A stretch of DNA of 63,784 nucleotides, the filler included, from Reticulomyxa filosa (taxonomy: Eukaryota > Protista > Foraminifera): NCBI GenBank assembly GCA_000512085.1. It is 17 parts of 17 records of this genome, joined end to end, with 100 filler letters (N's around TTAATTAATTAA, not from the genome) between each part and the next. Parts side by side here need not be neighbours in the genome. Positions count along the whole stretch, not along the records: positions 22,559 to 42,337 come from ASPP01020893.1; positions 42,438 to 43,907 come from ASPP01029214.1; positions 44,008 to 47,702 come from ASPP01023354.1; positions 47,803 to 51,165 come from ASPP01028022.1; 13 more parts are not named here. One strand, 5' to 3'. The position numbers and the translations under genes were made by a program. Below are positions 37,178-49,440 of the stretch, one piece after another. The notes beneath the pieces are model-generated. The model was not told where the DNA came from. It saw only the letters and a program-made list of their open reading frames with translations, and did not search any database. Within the stretch, counting starts at the first letter, position 1, and every line of letters begins with the position of its first letter.

Positions 37178-38925
37178 ATGGGAAACAACCCTAGCAGATC
37201 TAGTACCACTGGAGGAGCTCCGGCGAAAAATGCACCTGCTACTCGAAACAGCCAAGCAAATCAAAACAAGTCAGGGCAACAAAGTGCGCCTCCGACGGAA
37301 GCAGTAAAAAATAAACCATCAGAGGACGAACAGGAAGAGGAAGCCCCAGCACATGTAGGAGGAGATAACGCACTGGAGACGTTGAACGAAGATGAAGAAC
37401 AAAATTTAGGATTTGAAATGAATAAAAAGATGACGGTCAATGATTTCACTTTTCTCAAAGTGGTATGTAAGATTTCTCAAAGTCGACAAAAAAAAATCTT
37501 AAAAACTTTGAGGGCGAGACTTTACAATTTTCTCGTGAAAAAATAATACAAATAATAAGACAAAATGTTATGCATGTTTAATAAAAAATGCTGAAACAGG
37601 TTGGAAAAGGAAGTTTTGGAAAGGTAACTGTCCTTACAAAGAGGGGAAAAAATACATTTGATGACTAAATCAAATAAACATTTGCAGGTGATGCAAGTAA
37701 GGAAAAACGATGATGGAAAAATTTATGCAATGAAAGTCCTAAAGAAAAAAGCCTGGTCAAACGAAAGCAAGTCCAACACACCCAAACAGTTGAGTTAACG
37801 TATCGCTTACACAAGACAAGGACGAATTAACCAGATCCCTTTGTTTTTCCTCAATTGTATAGGAGCGCAAAGTACTGTGTCAAATTGATCATCCATTCAT
37901 CGTGTCCTTGAGGTACTCGTTCCAGACAGATGCGAAAGTTAGCTTGTTTCAAAGTAATGAGAGAAAGAAAGCGATGGACGGGACAGGGTTTGACTTTGAG
38001 AGGAAACAACAAAGGAGCAATGAACCTTCTTTTCTACGTTCCAACCACTTAAAAAAAATAGTTGTACATGGTGTTGGATTTTTTCAACGGTGGTGAGCTA
38101 TTTTTCCATTTGAAACGGGACGGACGATTTACGGAAAAGCGAAGCAAGTTTTATGCGGCAGAGATATGTCTTGCATTAGAATGTCTGCATTCCAAAGGAA
38201 TAATTTACAGAGATTTAAAACCAGAAAACCTATTACTTGATGCTGAAGGACACATCAAAATAACTGATTTCGGATTATCCAAAGACTCTTTGAAGGGGGA
38301 CATGATTACGCACACATTTTGTGGGACCCCGGAATATTTGGCACCAGAAGTCTTGCAAGTTATTTGAAACAAACATGCACATTTTGTTTAAGTGCATTTT
38401 TGCAATACGTGGCATAAACTTACATAACTGATACTTAAACAGCAAAAGGGACATGGCAAGGCCGTTGACTGGTGGAGTTTTGGAACGTTGCTTTATGAAA
38501 TGATGACAGGGCTACCACCATTTTATAACCAAAATTTAAATATAATGTATGAGCGCATATTACATGCACCCATTCCTTTGCCAAAATATTTATCCAAAGA
38601 AGCTCGCAGTATTGTTTTAGGACTACTTGAAAGAGATCCAAAAAGGCGATTAGGATCAGGGCCGAAAGACGGTGGAGAAATCAGAGAACATGCGTTCTTT
38701 AAAGAAATTGACTTTGATAAACTCGTAAAAAAAGAATTACCACCGCCGTATAAACCAGATGTACAAGACGAAATGGACACTGGAAATGTGGAAGAGGAGT
38801 TCACAAACGAAGTTCCAAAAGACACTCAGGTCGAAAATACCGGATCCATGTTGGCAGCGAAAGACATGTTCGTTGGGTTTACTTATGATGAAAGAGACGA
38901 TAAGGCAAAACAAGGCTTGAAATAA
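37178..38925 (+). CDS. AGC Ser/Thr kinase (Akt/SGK/S6K group) with no PH domain and an N-terminal Met-Gly; exons 37178-37462, 37600-37623, 37688-37788, 37863-37937, 38062-38358, 38443-38925
   Basis: [69 protein letters not shown] and hydrophobic motif FVGFTY. Exon 3 is one base short (101 nt). Confidence 0.93.
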
Positions 38926-40229
38926 GTAAAAGTTGGATGAATGACAAGTAAATAATTCCTCCTTGTTTATTTTTTCCCCTACCGTTTTGGGTACTGGTTG
39001 GCTTGGAATTTCTCTTGTCTTGATATATTATCCGCTGGATTTGCTTTTTCAATCGGTAGAGCTTGTAAGCAATGTGGTCAATTTGTTTCTCATGTGTTCA
39101 TTGACAACTTTCATCAACACTTCAATAGGTTATTTCTTGGAAAGATGTCATTATGACAGTCTTCATATGATGTAACAATAATCGAATTTCTTTTTACTAT
39201 TGTTGTTATAAACTAAAGCACATGTTTATGATTCTGAAATACATTTTTTTGGAATAATACCTTGCAAAAGTATTGCATTGTTGAATTCACATAATTTTGA
39301 TTACCAAAAAATAACGTATTCTTTCTTAAAGTTCAATGCTATCGATGAAAAAAGTGTTCAGTTGCTAAAATCAAAAGGGGGCTTTAAAACGCCTTTTTTG
39401 GACCAAATTTGTTCAAATGTGCAAAAATATTTATTATTATCAAAATTATTATTAAAAATACAATTACAATTTGACAAGAAAAACAATTCTTTTTTCAGCG
39501 TCACAGTTTGTTTTTAAAAACAATAGCTTAAATTTTTTGTTTGATTATTATAATCAATGTTTTTCATGAATAACTTTTAAAAATCAAAACGTGACATTTT
39601 CATCAAAGAGTAAGTGTCGTGGCCTTGCTCGTCTTTTAAGTTTACAAATTTCATTTTCTTTGTACTTACCTATTTGTGCTTTCGCGTGTGAAAAACCAAG
39701 ATCAAATGAACGTCAAACATTACAGTGGAAAAAAAAATAATTAAGATATTCAAATATGAGAATGGAACAAAAGAAAAATTAAACAAAAAAAAATGGGGTG
39801 TTTGAACTAACAGAACAACGTGTGTAAACTGTTGTTCATTCTCAAAAGAGTACCAAATTTGAACTGTTTTTTTTATCAAAACATGTAATAAGAAAAATTA
39901 TTTTTGTTTTTTTCATGTGATATTTGATTATCGTCATCAATGATTAAAAGGTATTACTTAGTGAAAAAGTAGTTTGACTGTATTAAGCCTTTTTTTACAA
40001 TCAACACAAGGAGGTTTTTTTGTTCTAACGAGTAAATAACATAATTTCACTTTGATTTTGTTCATTTCTTTGGATACAAAAATACTGAAAAGTCTTGTGA
40101 CTACTGCTGCAGAAACAAATTTGTGTGAGCGAACAAAAAACAAGTCAAACAAACCAAAAACTAACGTGGAATATTTGGAAACATTATTTTTTATTTATGA
40201 AATGTTACATTTTTGATGAAAATTTAAAA

Positions 40230-41340
40230 ATAGACAAAAACGAACATAAATGGATTTGAATATGCTAAATTGATTTTGGTGGATTGACGAATTTAGTAAG
40301 ATGATCATGCAATATGTTAAATATAAAAAAAAATAATTTAAAACTACTTGACAATAATCTGGCACAAACTTAGTCAGTTGACAGGGGAAGATTAACTCCG
40401 AAATGATCTCCATGGACATGTAAGTCATGTTCATATCAAAATTGAGAAAGTTGTCACTACTGAAGGAAAAAGAAGTTCGATGTCAGAAAAAAGAAGAAAA
40501 ACAGCTTCAAGGCCGAACTAAAGCACACAAGGAGGAGAAACAAAGAAAATAGAAGCGAAAAAGTGCAACAAGAAGGAAAATAAAATGAATAGCTTTTAAA
40601 GCAACGAGGCAAGCATTAATCAAAGAAAAGCTCCAAGAAAAAAGCTTCAATTTTTTATTATGTCTTGTTTTGAGTAGTAATTGTTTTGTTTAAATTTGTT
40701 GTGATGAAAATTGAGTTTTAGCTATTGTAATTTGATGAATATTCAGTATATCCTTGATTCAATCTGAGCTCAACAGAGGCAAGGGCCTTCAACAGTGTGA
40801 TAGCCACAAAAGCTTGAATGATAAATTGAAATTATTTTAAAACGAGATAATTTGATACATTTTTCTTCACAAATAATTTATTCAGAATTATTGTTGCAAA
40901 GTTGAACACATTACTAAATAATATTTTACAAAAGTAAACAAACAACATTCTGGCTTCAAGTGTGAGTGAGGTGCTTGTTTTACAATATTTTCAAACTATA
41001 ACATTCTTTCTATGCTAAAAAAAAATTTTGGATATGTCTATTTCGTAAAATTAATGTTAGTTTATAAAAAAAAAATTGAATAGGACAAAAATTTTACATT
41101 TTGGAACATTATATAATTATAGTGGTGTAACAAGTGTAAATTTTTTTCCAGATGAAACAAAGACTGTTTCATCACGGGATAAAACAATTAAGATATGGGA
41201 TATAAAGTTAGGAAAAGAAAATATAACATTATCACGTCATCATGACCAAATTAACTGGTATAATTTTCATTAAATGATGATATTTGTATCGGTTCAAATA
41301 ATAATATGTGATGTCAAGTCAGGAATTACAAATACTGATA
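40230..41340 (+). pseudogene. Decayed WD40-family gene (N-terminal module at ~40250-40320, WD fragment at 41076-41273)
   Basis: The frameshifted segment …WIDEFSKMIMQY|GTT matches GWIQDFDRLVVKY|GTT of the gene at 49441. Downstream VTSVNFFPD…SRDKTIKIWDI is a WD40 repeat. Confidence 0.6.
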
Positions 41341-41759
41341 TTTTTTTTATAGATGGACTGCAGTGGGGCGTGTCAAGTGTTGGACTATCTATTTATCTTC
41401 AACTTGCACTGTTTTTTTTTAGATTGACATGCGTGTCTATAGCTTCATCATCAACTCGCAATGCTTTTTGTCATTTATGCACATAGTTCTAAGAAATAGA
41501 ACAAAGTACTCAAAAAGAAACACAAAACAAAAGAAAGACACAAAAAATATTACAACGATCAAAAGGTACATGCAAAAAATAGCCAATTAAAATTGAGATT
41601 TGCCTTGAAGAAACTTGACAATTTTTCGGATCATTCTCTTGGTATCGATTACGAACTTTGCTGCTGCTTTAACAACTTTGATTCTAACATCTAGTCAAAT
41701 TTTGTAACATTATGAGTATAGTGTGATTTATACCATTTTGTTACTGTTTTTGGCAACAT

Positions 41760-42337
41760 TTTTTGTTGCAATTCATTTTTAGGGTTGTCGTCAGTTCAGC
41801 ATATAGTGTGTTGGTGACTTTGAGATGTGGTAAGACACAAATGTTAACTACACTTCCGAAAATATCTGGCACTAGTGAACTATTAAATGCAAGCATGCAT
41901 GGTGGCATTGGAGATGATATGGATATGGAGTTGGAAATGGAATTGGATTCAAAATGACGTTGAATAATGATATGGACGTTGACACAAATGGCACAAGAAG
42001 AGCAGCTATAAAACGAAAGAAATCAGATAGTGATCTAATTGATGACATTGAGAAGAAAGCAAAGCGTCAATCTTCGATGTTTCAAGTTGTATTACAGCTC
42101 AAGCATGCAACAAAACGAAGAAAGATCGATGAAATCAAATTTGAAAACGTGTGAAAGAAAAACAATGATGAAATATCATTGATAAGACTTGATTACATTC
42201 CAGCAATTAAAATCCTATTGCAATCAATTAACCCGACGTTGATGCATATGAGGATTGGAAACAGATCAAGAGATGAAATTAACATGCGAATACCAATATG
42301 CAAGCAAATATATGACAAGTAGTCTATTGATATTCCA
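41760..42337 (+). mobile_element. Internally deleted remnant of the same non-LTR retrotransposon family as 45000-47490 (ORF1 ends and ORF2 start)
   Basis: MDVD…KRKKSDSD vs MDID…KKRKLDND; DEIKFENV vs EEINFENM; IGNRSRDEINM vs VGNRSREEINI; ORF2 start atgacaagtagtctattgatattcca vs atgaacagtaacatgttgattttcca. Confidence 0.75.
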
Positions 42338-42437
42338 NNNNNNNNNNNNNNNNNNNNNNNNNNNNNNNNNNNNNNNNNNNNTTAATTAATTAANNNNNNN
42401 NNNNNNNNNNNNNNNNNNNNNNNNNNNNNNNNNNNNN

Positions 42438-43861
42438 TGATTGGCCATACATGCAAAGTACACTAGATTGTCCTCCGAGAGCAGCTATAATTGACGGGTT
42501 TGTAACTTGCTGGATTACATCAATAGTACCAACCGAGGAGACGAAAATCTTGTCAAAGGGATAATAATTGCCTCCTTTCGAGGTTATGCCCTTTCTCGTT
42601 GCGACCAGATTATTCGTAACCTTCGTGTATTGTTCACTACTATTAAACACTCCAACATCCAAGATTCTTGCATATATTTTGATTGGATTGCCCAACTGGA
42701 GCATTGGCCGTGAGAAGGTGCTCATTTTGCCATCTGACTGAACGACTAGCGGGACAACATTCGAATTGCCGGCTGGGGTTGCTGATTCTTGCGCAATTTG
42801 GATAACATTTGATTGCATTAACGTGGAAGGGCATGTGGTGTCACTGGCGGCGTCCGTTGTGTACGAGGCACAAGATACCCGTGGGTCCACTGCCTCTTCC
42901 TTGATGTCTGTGTCATGACGTGGTACTACAGCCGAATGGTGGCGCGTGCTTCTAACTGCTTGGAAGGAATTACATTTCTGCTGCTCGATGGTGGATGGTG
43001 GCTTCAATTTCTCTAATGTTGCTTGATTGGACAATGATTGCTTTGAATTGGATCCATTTGCACTCGCCGGGGGGACGTCAGTTGCCTGCGGAGGATCGAA
43101 GTCACGTTGGTTCGCAATAATTTGAGAAGATGGCATTCCGGACGACTGAGGTGAGTGTGTCACATTGGTTAAAACGTTCGTGGATTTCAACATTTGACAC
43201 ATTTGGATCATATGTGTGTCATGCAGCTGTTCGTGTGAATATTCGGGCGTCGATGCTCCCGTGGCAATTGTTGGAGGTGTTGACTGTTCACTTGTGGTTG
43301 GCTGTGCTTGGTGGATGTGAATACTGGAATACGTTGGTGGATTTGATGTAATCTCTGTACCCACGTGATGAGCAATATGCGCGATAGGAGCCTCCGGAGC
43401 TGGTAAATTTTTCGATATCTCGCCATTTGGGATGACGCTGGTATCCTCCAAGACACGAGGCACTACTGGGATTTGCATGTGTCGAGTTTCCATTGGCCAT
43501 TTTGCTTCCAAAATCATATTTGAGTCAAAAAATTGACTTTTTTTTATGCAATCTTTGTGTTTTGATGCTGCTTTTTTCGATACCACTTTTTTGCCTGCTC
43601 CGTCTCCACTGTATGGATCAATTTTACTATCGTTTTCGGGACTTCAATGTCCTTTTTACCATATTCTGCTTCTCTTTCCCCCATCTGCAGCTCATTCACT
43701 ATAATTCTTTTCCTATGCTGCAAAGAACAGTCGAGCTTTTCGATTGTTCGCCTAAGTTTTTCCTTTTCCGAACTCGTACTGTCATCTTCTTCAACCTGCG
43801 GCTGATTTTCGACTCCTGGTCCTTTGACTAGTTGTTTCCAGTAGGTACGACTCGCTACCAT
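42438..43861 (-). CDS. Divergent kinesin with a long N-terminal extension before the motor domain (3'-partial; frameshift near 43590)
   Basis: The ORF ends at the contig edge with NPIKIYARI…YPFDKIF…V…VTNPSIIAALGGQSSVLCMYGQS, the kinesin motor start leading into the P-loop (consensus NI.V..R…FD.VF…G.N…AYGQTGSGKT). Confidence 0.75.
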
Positions 43862-44999
43862 CGATTTTCTTACTAGTTGTTTTTCTACTAATTGTACTAA
43901 ATCTGTANNNNNNNNNNNNNNNNNNNNNNNNNNNNNNNNNNNNNNNNNNNNTTAATTAATTAANNNNNNNNNNNNNNNNNNNNNNNNNNNNNNNNNNNNN
44001 NNNNNNNTACTAAAATTTTCGTTAGAAACACAAAAAGTTCATATTTTAGGTGGCTAATTTTTTTTGTCGCAACTGTAGTTCTTTTTCACTATGTTTGCAC
44101 TACTTCAATAAACTTTCCCGAAATATATCAAGAAGTCATTTCACAAACATGGAATTACTCTAATGAAAATATCGCTGATACAAAAGATATTTTGACTTTG
44201 CTCACAAAGAACACATTATAAAAATTTTGCGTTTTCATTAATAATAATTTTAGCTTTTTTTTTTTTGCATATGCACAACTTCAAATAGCCATGACAACCA
44301 AAATTCTTAAAGACAAAAAAATGAACAATTAAACACCTGAAAAAAGAAAATTTTTATTTTTTTAAATGAAAAAAAATTAGTTTAAAATGTTTATTTTTCA
44401 TTGAGAAAATTAATTCTCTTCATAGGGATGCCATTCAGCAATATTCATTAGCGTCTTAGTGTTTTTGAAAGAAATTTTGAAAATTAATTTCGATATTTTA
44501 GTCGACAAGAAATTTCTGATAAAACCGAAGAAAATCAAAAAATTCGAAGACAACTCAAGAAACTTTATATACTTAATAATATTGAAGTATTAAATTTTCG
44601 TATTGGAAATATTGGAATATTGTGTGTGTTTTTTAAATATCTTTTATTGCTTTTTAGAAACTTATTGTTGCAGTTCAGCAGGGTAGGGGTGTTATCGTCG
44701 GTTCATATAAACTCCCCCAAATTTGAGGCACGCGCAGTTAAAAGAAAGGTCTTTTACTGAGCAAGGTGATAACAAGAAAGCTGTTTAGAGCTAAATAAAG
44801 GATATTCAGCATCCTCATTTTTAGTGAGGTTGTTACGGGGAACATATTCCCTTTGCAGACGTAATCGAGAGCTGGTATACTCAAGCATAGAAACACAAGC
44901 TCATATAAGAATTTCTGCTTTTATCGCCTGTATTTTATGACTAAAAAAGGCATTCCGAGCATTAAAACTTTTAGTTGGCTATTTAAAATAAATTCTCAA

Positions 45000-47490
45000 A
45001 CTTGTGATGGTGCTGATTGTGATTCCAAGGTAATCAATGGGAAATTGAAACATGGAATTAAATCACATTCATTGATTGATAATGATATTAATCAATTGTG
45101 AATTCCAACATTGGAAAAAATATATCAATACCAACAACCTGCTACACAAATGGATATTGATAATAATTCAGCCAAAAATAAAAAGAGAAAATTGGATAAC
45201 GATTATATCTATGATTTGAACACAAAGAAAAGAAGAACAAATGAGCAGTCCTTGCAAGTGCAAGTTTCTATGCGATCTGAAGTGGATGAGAAAAAGAAAG
45301 ATGAAGAAATCAATTTTGAAAATATGTGGAAATTCAAGTCTCGAGATCGACATAATTTCTTATGCTCTTCATCTCCAACATTAGTGATAACATCAATTCA
45401 AGCCAAAGAACTTAAGTCAGCAACATCAGTATTTAAGTTCATTGGCTTGAAGAACAAACATCAACATCAAGAAGTATTATTGATAACACGTTTTCTGGTA
45501 ATCTAAGAACACGCTATGTTCATTTTGCTGTGAATGTGAACGCACAACACTTGCAACAGCTATGTGAAACATTCAATAAGAAACATTTGGAATCGGATAG
45601 CGATGAGAAATCATAAAACAAATCCAAGAAATCAAAACTACGACCGAAATGCCAAATTTATCTACGAAACTATATCGATGAGATCAAGAAAAGAAAACAA
45701 GATTGTTGAAAAATGTTCCAGTTCGGGAAAGTGAAAAAGAGATCAAAGAGACATTGGAAGATTAGGGATATTCAGTTGAACAGGTGAAAAGATTCAACAG
45801 AATGCCAATGGTAATAGTAACATTATCCAAATCTGAAGATCCTTCAAGACAAGGATATTTAGATTGGATACGCTATTGCGCATTCGATAAGAATAAATCA
45901 AGGCCCAAGTATTACTTCAAGCAATATCGAAATGCTTCAAATTGAACCATACTGCAAAAGAATGCCAAAATAAAAGAAAAACTTGCAAATATTGTGGATT
46001 AAAGAATTACAAAGCATTGAAATGTCGATATAAGAATGATCTAAGCCTACATCGATGTGTATTATGCAAGAAGAATCATTTAAGTGATTCGGTACAATGC
46101 GAAGTGATTCGAAATGCAAGAGAAAAACTTGGAATTAAGTTGACGAGGAAGGAGAATGCAATCTTACAAAAGGAAGCATTACATTCTCAACTCATTCAAA
46201 TTAAAAAGAAATCTGACAATGTCAATCAGTATTCATACACTGATGCAGTCAGTCAGAACAAACAAAACCTTAATATGAATTGAAACAAACAAAATGCAAA
46301 AAAGAATAAGAACAAAAACAAAAATAATAAAGTGTCAGACATCCAGTTCGAAGACCACAAAACAATAATCAAAAAGATGCTGATGAAATCTTATCATTGA
46401 GACGTGAAATTGAGGATATGAAAGCAGCATTCAAAGAAATTACAACGCTTATGCGATCATTCAAAGCAATGATGCAAATAGGTGTTGGTAATAGATCAAG
46501 AGAGGAAATCAACATAGCAAATACTGACATTGATTTGGATCTATGAACAGTAACATGTTGATTTTCCAGAACAATATCAACTGCTTTTATTCAAAAGCTC
46601 AACTGCTGGAGCAGAACCTCCACGCAAATGGAACTTGTATCGACAAATTATTGGAATGAAACTGGAAGAATGGAAAAAGACTTTGTAATTGAATCAAAAT
46701 GAACAATCATTAGTTTTTGCATTGGAATCTTGGACTAATTGTATAGTGGAATCGGCAAAACAAAGTATTGGAACAAGAACTATTTGGAAATGGAACAAGC
46801 CTTGGTGGAGCGATTCGCTTCAGGAAAAGGAAGCAAGTCCATCGATTGAAAAGAAAATTTAGAAAGAACAGGACTGAAATAAATACAAAAGAGCTTCAAT
46901 GCAATTGAAAAGGAAATTGAAACAGGAAAGGCGTGAATATTTGATTAAAAGTATTGAATCATTGAAAGAAGAAAATACAAGACAGTTATTTTCTCAATTT
47001 AAATCAATGAATTCAAACAAGATTTCAGTTATTCCTACATTGATCGAACCAACATCAGGCACAATTGCAAAGATAGATAAAGAAAAAGCAGAAATGTTGG
47101 TATTATGGTTCTCTCAACCTCACAACCACCAAGTTATTCTTAAGAAACAAAAGAACATTATCAATTGGTGGAAGATGAAATTAAAGCTTTAATTGACACA
47201 AGAATAGATGAAGAAATGATTGTTATCCATTATGGGATGAATACCGTCAAATGGATGTCACTAAAGATGAAGTAGTTGAAGCGTTGAGATATATTTCATC
47301 CCACAAGGCTCAAGGACTAGATAATATTCACAATCAAATGACCAAAAATGGTGGACAAGAATTAATTTGTTCATTGATTGATTATTTAATTGGCGCTTCA
47401 AGATTGGGTATGTTCCAAGATTATGGAAAAAAGCAAACATTGTACCTATCCCAAAACCAGACCAGACCACAGCATCTGCAGAATTACAGT
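45000..47490 (+). mobile_element. Degenerate non-LTR (LINE-like) retrotransposon: ORF1 with zinc knuckles, ORF2 with endonuclease start, linker and pre-RT region
   Basis: Gag-like knuckles (NHTAKEC, CKYCGLKNYKALKC, CVLCKKNHLSDSVQC); ORF2 start MNSNMLIFQNNIN (APE domain I); KPWWS; DKEKAEML; KAQGLDNIHNQM; WKKANIVPIPKPD in a shifted frame. Many stops and deletions; ends before the RT catalytic core. Confidence 0.85.
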
Positions 47491-47802
47491 AGGTTGCAAA
47501 GAAAACTGAACGCCTAAAACGATATCCTATGATGATAATTTTCTTCATGAAAAAACAACATTCAGACCTAATTTTTTTTAAAAAAAATATCTACAAATCG
47601 TGTACCTTTTAAATATCATTTTGGTTTTTTATTACATCTTTCCTAATTGTTTAAAAAGTTTGAATATTTTATTCTTTTTGAAAATTTTCGAGAAAAAGTT
47701 GANNNNNNNNNNNNNNNNNNNNNNNNNNNNNNNNNNNNNNNNNNNNTTAATTAATTAANNNNNNNNNNNNNNNNNNNNNNNNNNNNNNNNNNNNNNNNNN
47801 NN

Positions 47803-48462
47803 ATTCGTTTATGGGATGTTGAAACATCCAAATCATTACATATTTTAAATGGACATACAAGCAATGTTAGGTGCATTGATATTTCACCATTGCAAAACAA
47901 TAACAATAACAAAAATAATAAAAGTAATAGTGTTGGTATAATTGGTGGTAATGGATATACTATTTGCTCTGGATCAGATGATAAGACTGTTCGAATATGG
48001 GATATTGAAACGAATAAACAATTGACTGTATTTAAACATGAACATTGGATTTATAGTGCAAGATATGGATCAAATGAATTAGTAAGTACAGTATTGTCTG
48101 GATCAAATGATAAGAGTGTTCGTTTGTGGGATATTCGATCTGATCAACAAATTCAAATATTCAATGGACATAAATATGCTGTGTTTGCTGTTGAATATTC
48201 TCCATTTGTAGTAAATAATATCGAAATTGGTGGTACTTCAAATGTGATATGTTCTGGATCAACTGATAATACAATTCGATTTTGGGATGTTCGATCAAAT
48301 AAGAAGGAATTATATGTGATCAATGGAGACGATAAAAAAGATAATGGAATATTTTGTCTTAAATTTGTAGAATTAAAAAAGGAAAAGTGCAATAATGATA
48401 CTGGCTGTGGTATTAATTTGTGCTATGGTTCAATAAATGGTCTAATTCATATTTGGGGATAG
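47803..48462 (+). CDS. Lineage-expanded WD40-repeat protein, 5'-partial
   Basis: Repeats of GH…V…SP…CSGS.D.T.R.WD; family-specific IIGGNGYTICSGS loop and CYGS..G.IHIWG terminus. Confidence 0.9.
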   Translation: MRLWDVETSKSLHILNGHTSNVRCIDISPLQNNNNNKNNKSNSVGIIGGNGYTICSGSDDKTVRIWDIETNKQLTVFKHEHWIYSARYGSNELVSTVLSGSNDKSVRLWDIRSDQQIQIFNGHKYAVFAVEYSPFVVNNIEIGGTSNVICSGSTDNTIRFWDVRSNKKELYVINGDDKKDNGIFCLKFVELKKEKCNNDTGCGINLCYGSINGLIHIWG

Positions 48463-49440
48463 TCTCATTTTCCACAATAAAAATTTGTTTGTGTAGTTTA
48501 ATTCTTTTTGTGTAATTAAATTAAATAATCTTCCTCCACTAATTAACATATATATTTTAAGTATTTCTTATTAAACTCTTTCTTTTAAAAGATTACCAAT
48601 TTAGACTGTTTGTTTTTATGCAAATTTATTATACTTTGTATAAAAAAAATGGTTCACAATTACACTCAAACGAAATATAACATATCATATAAATATCTTT
48701 AAATATTAAAAATATTCCACTCATTTTCAAGCAAAACAATAGCAATCGCGCATAATGAATTACAAAAAATATCCATCAAAACGAAAAAATAAAAAAGTAT
48801 CATAAGGCATTACAGTTATGACAAAAACTAAAGCAAAAAATTTTAATCTAACCCTTTTTTTTTTGAAGTTATGTTCTTAGCTAAGATTCACTTCAATATT
48901 CCAATAACATTATCTGACCGAACCAACTAGATAGCTTATGGATATTATTTAAATTCATTATTTTTATATAAAATTTGTAAGCTATTACTTTAATTTCTTT
49001 GCTTCTGAAACGTGGATCAACAAGTTAATGCGTTTTAAATCAATTTTGATTTTGTTGTTTTGTCTTTTTTATATGGTTTCTTAAAATACTTATCTTTTGC
49101 TCCTCAATTCATAATTAATTTTATTTTATCTGTTTCAACTTCTCTTAAATCATCTTTTGTAATTAGTGTTGCTCTGAAACAGTAAAGATACTTAGAATAT
49201 TTAGAAATCAAAGATTCTGTCTTTATCTTGAAAAAATTGCTTATTATGAGTATGAAAACCTTTTGTATTGAACCAACTTATAAATACTCAATTTGAACAA
49301 TTTTTTCTCATTGAAAAAAATCATACGTTGTTCAAGTTGTATCATCAAAATTTTTTTGGCAACCATTTTGGATAAAAAAATTCAAATAGTTTTCATCTTG
49401 CATCATCTAAGAAAAGCGTAAGAAGAAAAATAAAGAACAA

